This document shows, piece after piece, positions 17,620 through 33,559 of a stretch of 64,000 nt of DNA. Numbering within the stretch: the first letter of the stretch is position 1; each line of letters begins with the position of its first letter. A program made the position numbers and the translations under genes. Below the pieces are notes generated by a model. The model did not search any database. It saw only the letters and a program-made list of their open reading frames with translations, and was not told the DNA's origin. Source of the DNA: the human T2T-CHM13v2.0 reference genome, Homo sapiens. Location of the stretch: assembly GCF_009914755.1 (NCBI RefSeq), contig NC_060940.1. One strand, 5' to 3'.

Positions 17620-19930
17620 AGAGGTTCTGAGATCTGTGAGATAATACCAAAGAGTCTAACACTTGCATCACTGGAGCCTAAGAGGGAGGAGAAAGTAGAG
17701 CAGAAAATATCTGAATGGTTTAAAACTTTACATAATCTGATGAAAGGCATAAACTTACACATTTAAGCTCAACAAATCCCAAAGAGAATAAATTCAAACA
17801 CCCGGGCACATCATAATCAAACCAATAAAAACCAAAGACAAAGATTCCTGAAAATACTCAGAGAAAAATAACATGTTTCATACAGGGGAAATATTACTTT
17901 AATGGCTGCACATTTCTCATCAGAAACCATGGAGGCTGAAAGAACTGTCAACACAGTAGTTTATATCCAGCAAAAATATCTTTCATGAATTAAGGCAAAA
18001 TAAAGACATTCTCAGATGAAGAAAAAATAAGAGAATTAAATGTCAACAGACCTGCACTAAAAGAAATTTTCCAGATGAAAAGGACTGATACCTATGTAAA
18101 CTTGGAACATCAAGAATTAAGGAAGATTAATACAAATGATAAATATTGTGGTAAATGTGACAGACTGTTTTCCTCTTGGGTTCTTAAAAATATCTATGAT
18201 AGTTGTAAGGAAAAAATACATTATCTGATGAGTCTTATTTTTTATTTTTATTTTTTGAGACACAGTGTCTAGCTCTGTCACTCAGGCTGGAGTGGAGTGG
18301 AGTGATCTTGGCTCACTGCAACCTCTGCCTCCTGGGCTCAAGTAATCCTCCCACTTCAGCCTCCTGAGTAGCTGGGACTACAGGAACATGCTACCACGCC
18401 TAGCTAATTTTGTGTATTTTTTGTAGAGTTGGGGTTTCACCACATTGTCCAGGCTGGTCTCGAACTCCTGGACTTAAGCAATCTGCTCGCCTCGGCCTCC
18501 CAGTCCTGGGATTACAGGTGAGCCACTGTGCCCAGCCAAGTCTTATGATTTATAAGAAAATTATAACATAAAGGGGAGAGGGTAAAGGAATGTAAACAGT
18601 GGTAAGATTTTTCTACATTCCACTTGAACTGGTAAAATATTGACTTCTAAGTGAACTGTAAAAAGTGAAGTATGTTTATAGTAATCCCTAGAGCAAATAC
18701 TGCAAAACTATTCAAAGAACTATAATTTTAAAAAACAATAAATTACAATCAGTAACAGAAAGATAACTGAAAAAAACTCTAAATATTTGAAAATTATAGT
18801 AATACCAAGAAAAATCAGAATATTCTAAATTGAACACAAAATTACAACACAATAAAATTTGTGAGATAAAGCAAATGGGAAATTTATAGCATTAAATGCT
18901 TTTTTTAGAAAAGCACAAAAAGCCTTCTGATCAGTGTTGAATTAAATAAATAAATAAATAAATAAGTAAATTTTAAAATCAATGATCTGAGCTTCCGCCA
19001 CAATAAGCTAGAAAAGGGAGCAAATAAGCCCAAAGCAAAGAAAGGAGAAAATACTAAAGATCAGAAATTAATGAAACTTAAAACAGAAAAACAGCAAAAT
19101 ATCAATAAACCAGAGCAGGTTCTTACAAAAGAGAAATGCAGCCGGGCACGGTGGCTCATGCCTGTAAAGGCGGGTGGATCACCGGAGCTCAGGAGTTCGA
19201 GACCAGCTTGGCCAACATGGTGAAACTCCATCTCTACTAAAAATACAAAAAGAAGCTGGGTGTAGTGGCGTGCGCCTGTAATTCCAGCTACTCAGGAGGC
19301 TAAGGCAGGAGAATCGCTTGAACTCGGGAGGCAGAGGTTGCAAGGTTGCATTGAGCCAAGATCACACCACTGCCCTCCAGCCTGGGCGACAGAGCGAGAC
19401 TGTAATCCCAACACTTTGGGAGGCTGAGTCAGGAGTTGAAGACCAGCCTGGCCAACATGGTAAAAACCTATCTCTACTAAAAATTCAAAAATTAGCCGGG
19501 CATGGTGATGCACACCTGTATACCCAGGTACTTGGGAGGCTGGTGAGGGAAGCTTGAACCCAAGAGGCAGAGGGTGCAGTGAGCCAAGATCGCACCATTG
19601 CACTCCAGCCTGGGTGACAGAGTGAGACTCCGTGTCAAAAAAAAAAGAAAAGAAAAGCTATCAGTATGTTTCACCATATGAACATTCTAAAGGGGAGAAA
19701 AAAGGTCCTATCAATTATGCAGAAAAAGCATCTGACAAAATTCAACATCTGTTCCTGACAAAAAACTTCCAACAAGCAGAAATAAAAGAGTCTACCCTCA
19801 ATCTACTAAAGGGTATTTTTTCAAGCCCACAACAACAACAAAGTTATTTAATGCTTAATGACTGAATGTTTCCCCCCTACAACTGGATCAAGGCAAAAAG
19901 TCCCAACCAGTGCAATAAGGCAAAGAAAAA
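17620..19930 (+). mobile_element. Older L1M ORF1/ORF2 fragments with Alu insertions
   Basis: ttctcatcagaaaccatggagg, AEKASDKIQHLFL and related L1 motifs. Confidence 0.7.
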
Positions 19931-20661
19931 AATATAGAAATTATCAATAAAAGAACAAAACAGATTCCTTAATAATGCAAAAGGCAAATACTTGACTGGG
20001 GTAAAAAGAATTATTCTATTCCAGACTCTGTTATATGTCTCATACTTTTAATCCTGGAGAGTCTGCTTTGTATGTTAGGATAGTTATTAGTATAGTTGTA
20101 ATCTTTGAGTAGTAAGTACTACTAATATTCAAACTATAATAAATGGGTTAAGGCAGCACAAAAGAATAATTTAAAAAAATAGTTCCCTAGAAAATAGATC
20201 CTGAGAATAAAAATATATAAACATATATACATGTACTTCCAAATGTAAAAATGAAGCTTGTCATGTAGTAAAAGAAAAAACCCAGCTGCACAGAAAAAAC
20301 TTTAATTAACTTAAATAAGAGATTTGTTAACAACAATATGCCTTAAAGGCTAGAAAGACAGAAAATACTAGGGAAAAAATGCTTTTAACTAGCAAGAATA
20401 TAAGGCATCAAACCAAACTAGAAGGTAAAGTGGAAATAATTAAGAATGAGTTTCAAAGAATGACGGACAAAATGTTTTAGAGAAGAACACAATTTGGCAG
20501 AATGACTACCTGTATCTAGAGCATATTTTGAAAGTGGAATCAAACAAATTCAATACTTTTTTCACACAGGGTGTTTCTTGCTCTGCCTCCCAGGCTGGAG
20601 TGCAGTGGCAAGATCATCACTCACTGCAGCCTCGAACTCCTGGGCTCAAGTGATCCTTTAG

Positions 20662-20856
<195 letters not shown>

Positions 20857-22302
20857 TAAAGAGCTTAATTTTTCTAAATTTAAGACAAACATGCAGATTG
20901 AAAGGCAAGCCAAAATTAAATATTGCCAAGTCATTTTAATGATCAGAATTAGAGAATCAAGTGCAATTACTAGAGTTAAAGAAGTCAAATACTTTTCAAT
21001 TTGAAATCTTATCTGAGGGAGAACACTATCTGATTACTTTTAGGAAGCAACTCAGAGGTCATACTGACCTTTTTTTTTTTTTCTTAAGTATTTCTGAAAT
21101 TTAAAGAAATAAGAATAGACTGGCTAAATTTTCAGGTCATTTGCAATTTTAAATTTTCTCATCATAAACTGCTTCAAGCTGTTTGATCACTTCCACTGAT
21201 TACTACACAAGAAATAATTTGCACAATTTCCCTTACTTTTATATCATTTACATTTAAATACAGCCAAAAAATACCCATGAAAATCTAAGAAATGTTCATT
21301 TCTAAAACTAACAAACAAAATCAAACTACAAGTATTAAAGTGCCCACAAAAACATTTTGGAATACCATGGAGTTGAGGCAGGGAGTAACAACTCTCAAAC
21401 TACTTTTATTTAATCTTACTCATATTTAAGAATAAGTTATCTTCAACAGACCTAATCTAATTGTGGAATCATTTCAAGGTATTTTGAATAATCATATCAT
21501 TTATAGATATCAGAGCAGAACAAATTTTGGATTAAGTAAAGAACTATAATTATACTCTTAGGACATCTGCTGATGACAGAGGTTTCTCTGACACCAGTGA
21601 CAAAGTAATATTTTCTGGGACCATTACAACATGCCTAGACAAATTAAATTTTTTAGCTTTATAACAAGAAAGCTCATAGAGTACAATTTTTTGAAAAATT
21701 GGTTAAATAGGTTATGTCACAGAGGAAACCTAATTTGCCTCTCTGCCACGGAAATTTTTAAATAAGCCAATAATTTAACATTATGAGATCTGAAGTAATT
21801 ACTTTTCTATACGGCAAGCTCCAGCCCAGCCACCAGTACCTCCTTTACCATATCCAATGAATATTTTAACATGACTTTCCTGTAATGGTCTTCAGCTTTA
21901 AATGGATAGACTCTGACATCGATAATTCCTTAAAGACGTGCTTATTCCACAAGCTGTTCTTGCTTTTTCTGAGGACATATATATGTATACAAGCATTTTT
22001 AGATATTAATCATTTTTAAGCTTTTTTACTTAAAATCAAAAGTTTCCTTACAGTATGTTTCAAAGATAAAATCACATTACATTATTGGGGAAACTACTAG
22101 TTAAGACTCTAAAACGCACACAAGGCTGAGTGCAGTGGCTCATGCCTGTAATCCCAGCACTTTGGGAGGCCAAGGCGGGCAGATCACCTAAGGCCAGGAA
22201 TTTGAGACCAGCCTGGCCAACATGCTGAGACCCCATCTGTACTAAAAAATACAAAAAAAAAAAACAGCCAGGCGTGGTGGCGCACGCCTCTAGTCACAGC
22301 TA

Positions 22303-22506
<204 letters not shown>

Positions 22507-22934
22507 TTATCCTATCTAGAGTACCTCTTAAGCTCCCTCTGCTGGTTACCATTTAAATAAAGTAGGAAAAAATGTTGACCTTTTTTCTTTGAGGAGGTGA
22601 TGGGAGATGCAGGATGAAGTCTGAAATTGATAATGTTACGGCTAAAATTGAAAGGGAGATTCTCTTAAAAGGGGGCTAAATCTAACTGATGACTATCTTC
22701 TGTAAGAAGGCTTTAAAAGGATTTCTAAACAGATTGGGGGAAGAGCGACTGAAAATAAGGGGAGTGATTACCAAGTTTGAATATGTTAATCATTAAATTG
22801 ATATGCCAAAATGCAAAAGCATTTAATATAAATCAACTATAAACGATTATGACTTAACACTAGAAAAATTAAGAATTTAAATATATTTCACAAACTTCAC
22901 CAGAACAAAAAACTTTTATCACACTATTTAATCT

Positions 22935-23844
22935 ACTTAGTTTCAATATTAAGGTTTATTTTTTCTTCCAGATTGAAAGTAACAATTTAAATAATTATCA
23001 GGATATAGAAACAAATATCCATTCAGATAAAACATTACTGCTTAAAAGTGGCTAAGAAATATTTTGCATGTAATAAATATATTTCATGTTTAGGTTAACA
23101 GGCACCATCTTGAGAGCAGTTTGTTTTTTTTTTTTAGCTAATAAATAAATTACATTCAAGAAAACAAGGTGTTTATATCTGAGTATATCATTAAATGTTT
23201 TTCTTCATATAGCACCCAAACTTCAAACTGTCTAGAAAGTATCTCCTAAAATATAACTCATACCTTAAGTAATAAAAATAAAGGCCAAGAAAAAAAATCA
23301 ATTTAAGACAAAATTTACAGTTTATATTCTTAATTCCCCATTCAATAAAATATCGATTGCCAATTTAATAAAAGTAAATGAACTGTATATATGCAATCTG
23401 TTAGCACTGAAAATCTGAAATATATATTTTTAAAAATCACTCTTTCTGACAGTATTTAAAATATTGCATCTCTGGTGGCAAACCTGAAAACAATCAAGCA
23501 TCTTATTACCCTAGTTTTCATACCTACCCCATACCCCATCACTTTTTATCCTTTAACATCCATCCAGCATTTTTGTTGGTTTTTTTTTGTTGTTGGCAAA
23601 TACACTTACTTATATCCCAAACACAAAACACTGACAATACTCCTTGGTAAACAAGGAAATCCCAGAACAGTCCAAGCCTACACAGCTTTGCTCCCGAAGT
23701 GTGGCACAGGCTAAACGACAGGCGAGAAAGAAACAATCGATGGCCCTTATTGATGCAGTCAGAATGCTCCTGAGAGTCCATAACTGTTTGAGAATTTGCT
23801 GATGTTATCCTGACAGAAGTTTCAGCAGATTTTGCAAACAAGTA
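22935..23844 (-). other. C16orf87: C16orf87 proximal 3' UTR
   Basis: AT-rich unique sequence after the stop, down to the minus-strand AATAAA at 22955-22960; the cleavage position is inferred. Confidence 0.65.
22955..22960 (-). terminator. Candidate polyadenylation signal AATAAA of C16orf87
   Basis: tttatt on the + strand, ~890 nt after the stop, followed on the minus strand by U/GU-rich sequence. Confidence 0.6.
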
Positions 23845-23963
23845 TCAGAGAATAAGTCTTTGATTGATAATTTTTCTATTTATTTCTGCCAAGGCGACTG
23901 AAAACACGAAAGCCTTTTCATCAGACAGGTTAGCATAGATGTCAATTTCCTTTTCCTGTTTCT
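23845..23963 (-). CDS. C16orf87: C16orf87 coding exon 4 ([39 protein letters not shown])
   Basis: Acceptor CCTTTTTCTTTTAACAG|AG; TGA at 23845-23847; exon lengths 66+97+183+119 = 465 nt = 154 aa + stop. Confidence 0.97.
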
Positions 23964-24369
23964 CTGTTAAAAGAAAAAGGGAAAGTTTAATATAAAGGCA
24001 GTAGATGCAGTAAATTTAAATTTTTTAAAGCTTTCAAGTATTTCTTTAAATGACAGTATTATATATAATACTACAATATACATTAAATGTTACTATGCTA
24101 CTGAACTAAAAAGTTTTTTAAATTATACAAAGGAGTTACTGAAATGAAGATTAAATGAAGACAATATTTATTTCTATACACAGGCACTCTAACAGCTACA
24201 TAATTTTTCTAAGAATCTCATACATTTCTATCTCCTCACTGTCTCAATCAAAATGAATTTTCTCTGCTAGACGAAATTCACTCTGAGAGATGGTCCCCTT
24301 CTGAACATCAATGGTGACTTTATGAATACATTAACATATTCATCTTCATCTTCTTATACAGGAAATGAC

Positions 24370-27389
<3,020 letters not shown>

Positions 27390-27940
27390 TGATCCACCAG
27401 CCTCGGCCTCCCACAGTGCTGGGATTACAGGCGTGAGCCACCACGCCTGACCCATTCATTCTTAAGTTCATTAATATGATGTTCAGAACTGCCTAACATA
27501 TTTTAATCAGTCAAAATGTCACTTCTATATTATAATATCCAGAATACCCTTATATATAAAACGAAGACTTACATTAGACTAACCAAAAATTGTTTAATGA
27601 TTTGTTTTTATGACTTTATAAAGATATATTATTATGATGATGTCTAACAAGCTTTCCTTTTCCATTCTTCCTTCTTATTCTGTTTCAAAATAGAAAAGTC
27701 ATTTTTCCCCCTTTGGATCTCTCATCTGACTAGATAGAAAAGTCCATTTTTAAGTTAGGTTTTTTAGACACATTGTCAGGTTTTCCTTAATTCATGGTTA
27801 AAATAAAGTTAAAGCTTGCTTCAAAATTTTCAAATGCTCTAAGAGCAAGGAATCAATAAAAACCAACTAAATAGCTATTTAGCACTAAGAAGCATATCCA
27901 AGAAATCTATCCTAAAACACAGACATTTCAAAAGTTCATG

Positions 27941-27988
27941 TTAGATTGGTATAAAAGTAAAACCGCAATTACTTCTGCACCAACCTAA
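27941..27988. mobile_element. MADE1 (Hsmar1 MITE) remnant, internally deleted
   Basis: ttagattggtataaaagtaa...aaccgcaattacttctgcaccaacctaa inverted repeats followed by TA. Confidence 0.8.
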
Positions 27989-28029
27989 TAGTTCTTGTCC
28001 ACATTATATTTAAGAGTACAATGGTTTAC

Positions 28030-28570
<541 letters not shown>

Positions 28571-28980
28571 CTACATAAGATTCCAGTTTGTGCTACAAAA
28601 ATTAATTTAAGTAATTTCCTACAATTTGTATCAAAAACAAAAAAAAGCATATCTTACTCTAGAAATAGCTTTCTTAAAATTTTTCTGTAATAAACAGAAA
28701 ATGCCTAAAAAATATTTACAGCTAAACAAATGCTTCTTTTTTCATGTAATCATGAAATAAAAGCTGAAATCCTGCATATATACAGTTCTACCACAAGTAT
28801 ATAGACTTCATTTCCCCAGCTAAAGATGGTCATTATCTGCTTTCTCATCTTCTCTCACCCACCACCAGAAGCATTCTCTTCTTTCAGCTGCATTCCCTCT
28901 ATTTCAACTGAAAAGAATGTTGTTTTCTGAGCCAGGCAGTATTTCTCTCTTTTCCTTTTTCTCTGCTGACTTTTCTTTAC

Positions 28981-29028
28981 CTAGTTTCCCTTCTAAAATA
29001 GGAGTCCTCGGCATAGGTTTTCTGCACC
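28981..29028 (-). CDS. C16orf87: Candidate alternative 48-nt in-frame cassette exon of C16orf87 (GCRKPMPRTPILEGKL)
   Basis: TTGTATGTTTCTTTAACAATAG|GG...CTAG|GTAAAG; multiple of 3, phase 1-1 matching intron 3, no stop in frame. Confidence 0.55.
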
Positions 29029-30496
29029 CTATTGTTAAAGAAACATACAAATTTAACAAATAACTCAAACCCTCTGGAAGAGCATAATAGAAAGAGAAAA
29101 GCAGTAAAATTACCCAAGGAATATGGAGTACCTTAGTACAGCCTTCCTAGAATACAGTCAAAACCGATATAAACCTTACTCCTTTAGCCATACAATACTA
29201 AGACACCTTTAACTTTGATAAAAGCTAGGAATGGCTATACTGGTGAAGCTGTTTTCTAGCAATAGTAACTTTATTCAAATAAAAGCACATAAAGCAGAGA
29301 GAAATAGCAAACTGGTAGAATGGTCTTATTGTCTAAAATAAGTGAAATTTACATTTATACAAAAAGCACTTGAGTATCTAAGACAGAACGTCTGAAAAGC
29401 AAAGCATAACTCACAAATAGTGTAAGAAATTAAAAATGCATTTCAGTGAAGATGAAATCATTTTGACAGAGGTTTTTAAAGAACAATAAAGAGCAACTAT
29501 CCCTTTTTTAAATTAACTACCAGCTTGAAAGTCTCAATTTTAAAAAGGTATTTGTGGACATAGAGAGGTTCATTATACTATTTTCTCTACTCTTGCATAT
29601 GTTGAAATTTTCTGTAAGTTTTTAAAAAGATGCATAAATCAAAGAAAAAGAGAAACTGAAGTTTTAATGTCTAAAAACAAGCTATTGGTAGATATTCGTC
29701 AGAAGAAAGAAGACCTGTAAGGAGAAAAAGAAATATACTCTGGACCAAGAAGAATTCATCTATGCAAAAGCTGCCTCAGAGTAGGAAGCACACAAATCTC
29801 CCAATGAGCAATTAAAAACTCCACCAACAACACTTTCAATAGTAAAATTTTAAAACTCACAGTATAATAGTTTGAAGTAGTCTTAACAGAACTCAGACAT
29901 GTCTTTAAAAGACAAAAAAAAAAAAAAAAAAAAGAGGTCCCAACACTTTGGGAGGCCAAGGAGGGCAGATTGCTTGAGCCCAGAAGTTCAAGACTAGCCT
30001 GGGCAACATGGTGAAACCCCCCTCTACAAAAAATTAGCTAGGCATGATGGTGCACACCTGTAGTCCCAGCTACTCAGGAGGCTCAGGGGAGAATCACCGG
30101 AGCCCTGGAGGTTAAGGCTGCAGTGAGCCATGACCGCGCCACTGCACTCCAGCCTGGGTGACAGAACAACACGCTGTCTCAAAAAAAAAAAAAAGTACAA
30201 TCATTTTAACAGGCTTCTTCAGGATGTCATATACAAATTATCTTTGAACTCTATTATCATCAGTTTATAGCAAGGTAAATTTTACCTAACTAAGCCTTCA
30301 GGTTTCCAATAAGAATTAAATTCCTGTGATTAAAAAAATAATAAGCATCTACCACAGAGGAAATGCTTTCAAACTAAAATATGAGTTGTGATTTTTAAGT
30401 CCAGGAGCTCAATGCCTCCACTTTCTTCACTACTACCTAATTAAGATCCCAGATCAATTTAATACTTGAAAAAAAAACTGCTTGATTTGTTCATAC

Positions 30497-30679
30497 CTCT
30501 TTCTTCCTCATGTTTTTTGGCAGATGCACTTTTAGGTCTTCCTCTTCCTCGTCTGATATGATCTGAATGGCTGTTACTTCGAGACCTCTTTCTGTTTTCT
30601 AAATCTTTATTTACTGTAGAATTTATCTTCTCTCTCCTAACTCTCTCTGTTCGCCTCCTCTTGGCCTCATGCTTGTTTT
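30497..30679 (-). CDS. C16orf87: C16orf87 coding exon 3 ([16 protein letters not shown]...[19 protein letters not shown])
   Basis: Acceptor CATCCATACAG|AA, donor AGAG|GTATGA; 183 nt, phase 1 to 1, open frame; basic region with AT-hook-like RGRP. Confidence 0.97.
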
Positions 30680-32917
30680 CTGTATGGATGAATAAAAGTG
30701 ATATATTTTAGGGCTTAGCAAGAACTGTTTGCCCAAGTTCTCATTGTCTTCCTTTTTCTTTCTAAATAGCACTAGAGTATGCTTCCTGGCATATTTCATA
30801 GAACTACAACCATAACATATATGTCTCCCCCACACCCTCATAAGAAAAAAAGAAATTCAATAGAATTCAGATCACAATAACACATGAAGTAGGAGGAATC
30901 TTGGAAGAGAAAACAAGTTTCTTCATTTGGCAGCTTAAATTTCAGCCTCTACAAGTTCACACAATTCCATAGCAACCTTTCTGCCTTTTTCTTCCTGTTT
31001 CCAAGCTAAAAATAGTGAAATATTAAGAAAGGAAAAAAACTGCATGCCCTTTTGCCCTCTACCTGAGTTAAAGATTAAAATATGTGAAATATGCAAAAGC
31101 AAAACTGATCTTAGAGATAACGTATTAAGGTTACAATAAAAATCAAACAGAAAGCATCCATAACAAATATAAAAACCCTAGGCAAGTGAGTAATTTTCAC
31201 TTTAGCCACAGATAAGGTAATTTCTGATATAAGAGCATGTTGTTCCATAAATGGAATAGCAATAGGGAAACTTTACTAAATATGGTGATTTAATTAGTGC
31301 AAGAAGCCACCCCTCCCACTCTAAACAAATCAAAATGTTGGATAAGACAAACAATAAACTTAAAGAAAAAAACAAAACAAAAACAAAAAAGATGATACCT
31401 TGCTTTAACACATACCTGCACTCAAAAGCAAGAAAGAGAATTCCCCAAATGCCAAAAATCTCAGTGGTAAAGGGGCAAAACAAACAGAAAAATTCATATC
31501 CAAAGAACTAAAGGGAACAATGTGAAAGACTATAAAATAAGTATGCTTAATAGACTGCTGTAAAAAAATTAAAAGTAAAATAGTAATATTATCCCCAAAC
31601 ACCATATCCTTGGAGAATTAATCTGAAGTTTCAAATTAGACATATACCAGATAATACAAGAATATTTAATTATCCCAGATTGCAAGAAAGTTATCAAAGA
31701 CAAGCAGGGTGTTGTTAAGACTTGGGCTAACATGAAGAGGCTCCCACTATTACAGGACAATTTGAGCAGCAATAAAAATAGTAACTGTAACAGATTGAAA
31801 TATATCAAGCATATGAGTACATTAACATTAAAAACAAAAACTACTTGGCCACCATACGAAGATACTAAAGAACCAACTCATTACTTTGAAAACTTAAATA
31901 TAGGGCAAGAACAAAGCATTTCTTCTGCTTTTTCTATTTAAACTGTGCTACTCACGGGGTAACCAAAGGGCAAATGAAGAGGTTTCTCATATTAAAGCTA
32001 ATAAATGAAGAAGGAATGACAGAATCAGAGTATCAACATTTTTCAACCTGCAATGAACTAAAGGTTCTAAGCACTAAACATCAGCAGGTACTAACATCAC
32101 TAAAAGAGAGAAGCAGGCCAGGCGCGGTGGCTCACACCCATAATCCTAGCACTTTGGGTAGCCAAGGCGTGTGGATCACCTGAGGTCAGGAGTTCGAGAC
32201 CAGCCTGACCAACATGGCAAAACCCCGTCTCTACTAAAAATACAAAATTAGCTGGGTGTGGTGGCACGTGTCTGTAATCCCAGCTACTTGGGAGGCTGAG
32301 ACAGGAGAATCGTTAGAACCTAGGAGGCAGAGGTTGTGGTGAGCTGAGATAGCACCATTGTATTACAGCATGAGCAACAAAAATGAACTCCATCTCAAAA
32401 AAAAAAAAAAGAGAGAGAGAAGCAGACTTTAAGCACCTCTGGATAGAGGTACACATCACTACCTATTAAGTAGTCTTGTAAAAAAAAAAAAATTCCAATC
32501 TCTCCAGCCCTTAGATCTAACTTACAACTAATAGGAAAAAGAGGTTATTCAAGGAATATGTTAAGTGACACCATGGGGATACAAACAGCACATACAAATG
32601 GACAGGTGATGCCATTTCTTCAACATCTAACTTGCAAGGAGAAAAAGAGAAAATAATAGATAATAAGAGGGTTAAAAAAGATATAATCTAGCCAGGCTCA
32701 GTAGCTCATGCTTGTAATCCAAAAGCACTTTAGGCATTTGGGAGGCCGAGGCAAGAGTATTGCTTGAGGCCAGGAGTTTGAGACCAGCCTGGGCCACATA
32801 GCAAGACCCTGTCTCAGCCTGGGTGACAAAGCGACACCCTGTTCTTAAACAAATGACAGGGTGTGGTGGCTCACGCCTGTAATCCCAGCACCTTGGGAGG
32901 CCAAAGGGGGCGGATCA

Positions 32918-33193
<276 letters not shown>

Positions 33194-33559
33194 TTATTTA
33201 AAATCTGTTTTTAAAATTCTAAGACAATTTTTGAGAAAAGTGAAAATGTGAACACAAGTCGGATATTTATTAATAAGAAATTATCATTAATTTTTTATGT
33301 TATAATGGCATTGTGCTTACATTTTTTAATGTTCATCTTTTGGAAACATAATGAAATATTTATAACTGAAATTATATGGGATTTGCTTCAAAATGATGCA
33401 AAGGAAGAGGTAGACAGGATTGTGGATGGGGCAGGGTTGGTCATTTTCTACTTTTGCATATGCTTAGAATTTCTCAAAAAAATAAAGGTTAAAAGAACTA
33501 GTGATAGATGAAGCTTTAAATAGTATGCCTATTAAAGTCTAACACTGAATTTGGGTTTG

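Noticed and set aside
23539-23847. Selenocysteine recoding of the UGA
   Set aside because: No AUGA/AA/GA SECIS core found by eye, and the UGA sits at the recognised C-terminus; a SECISearch run would settle it
24267-24352. Possible alternative terminal exon (EDEDEYVNVFIKSPLMFRRGPSLRVNFV*) vaguely like exon 4
   Set aside because: Weak AAG acceptor with an A-rich upstream region and adjacent old L1; similarity too short to trust
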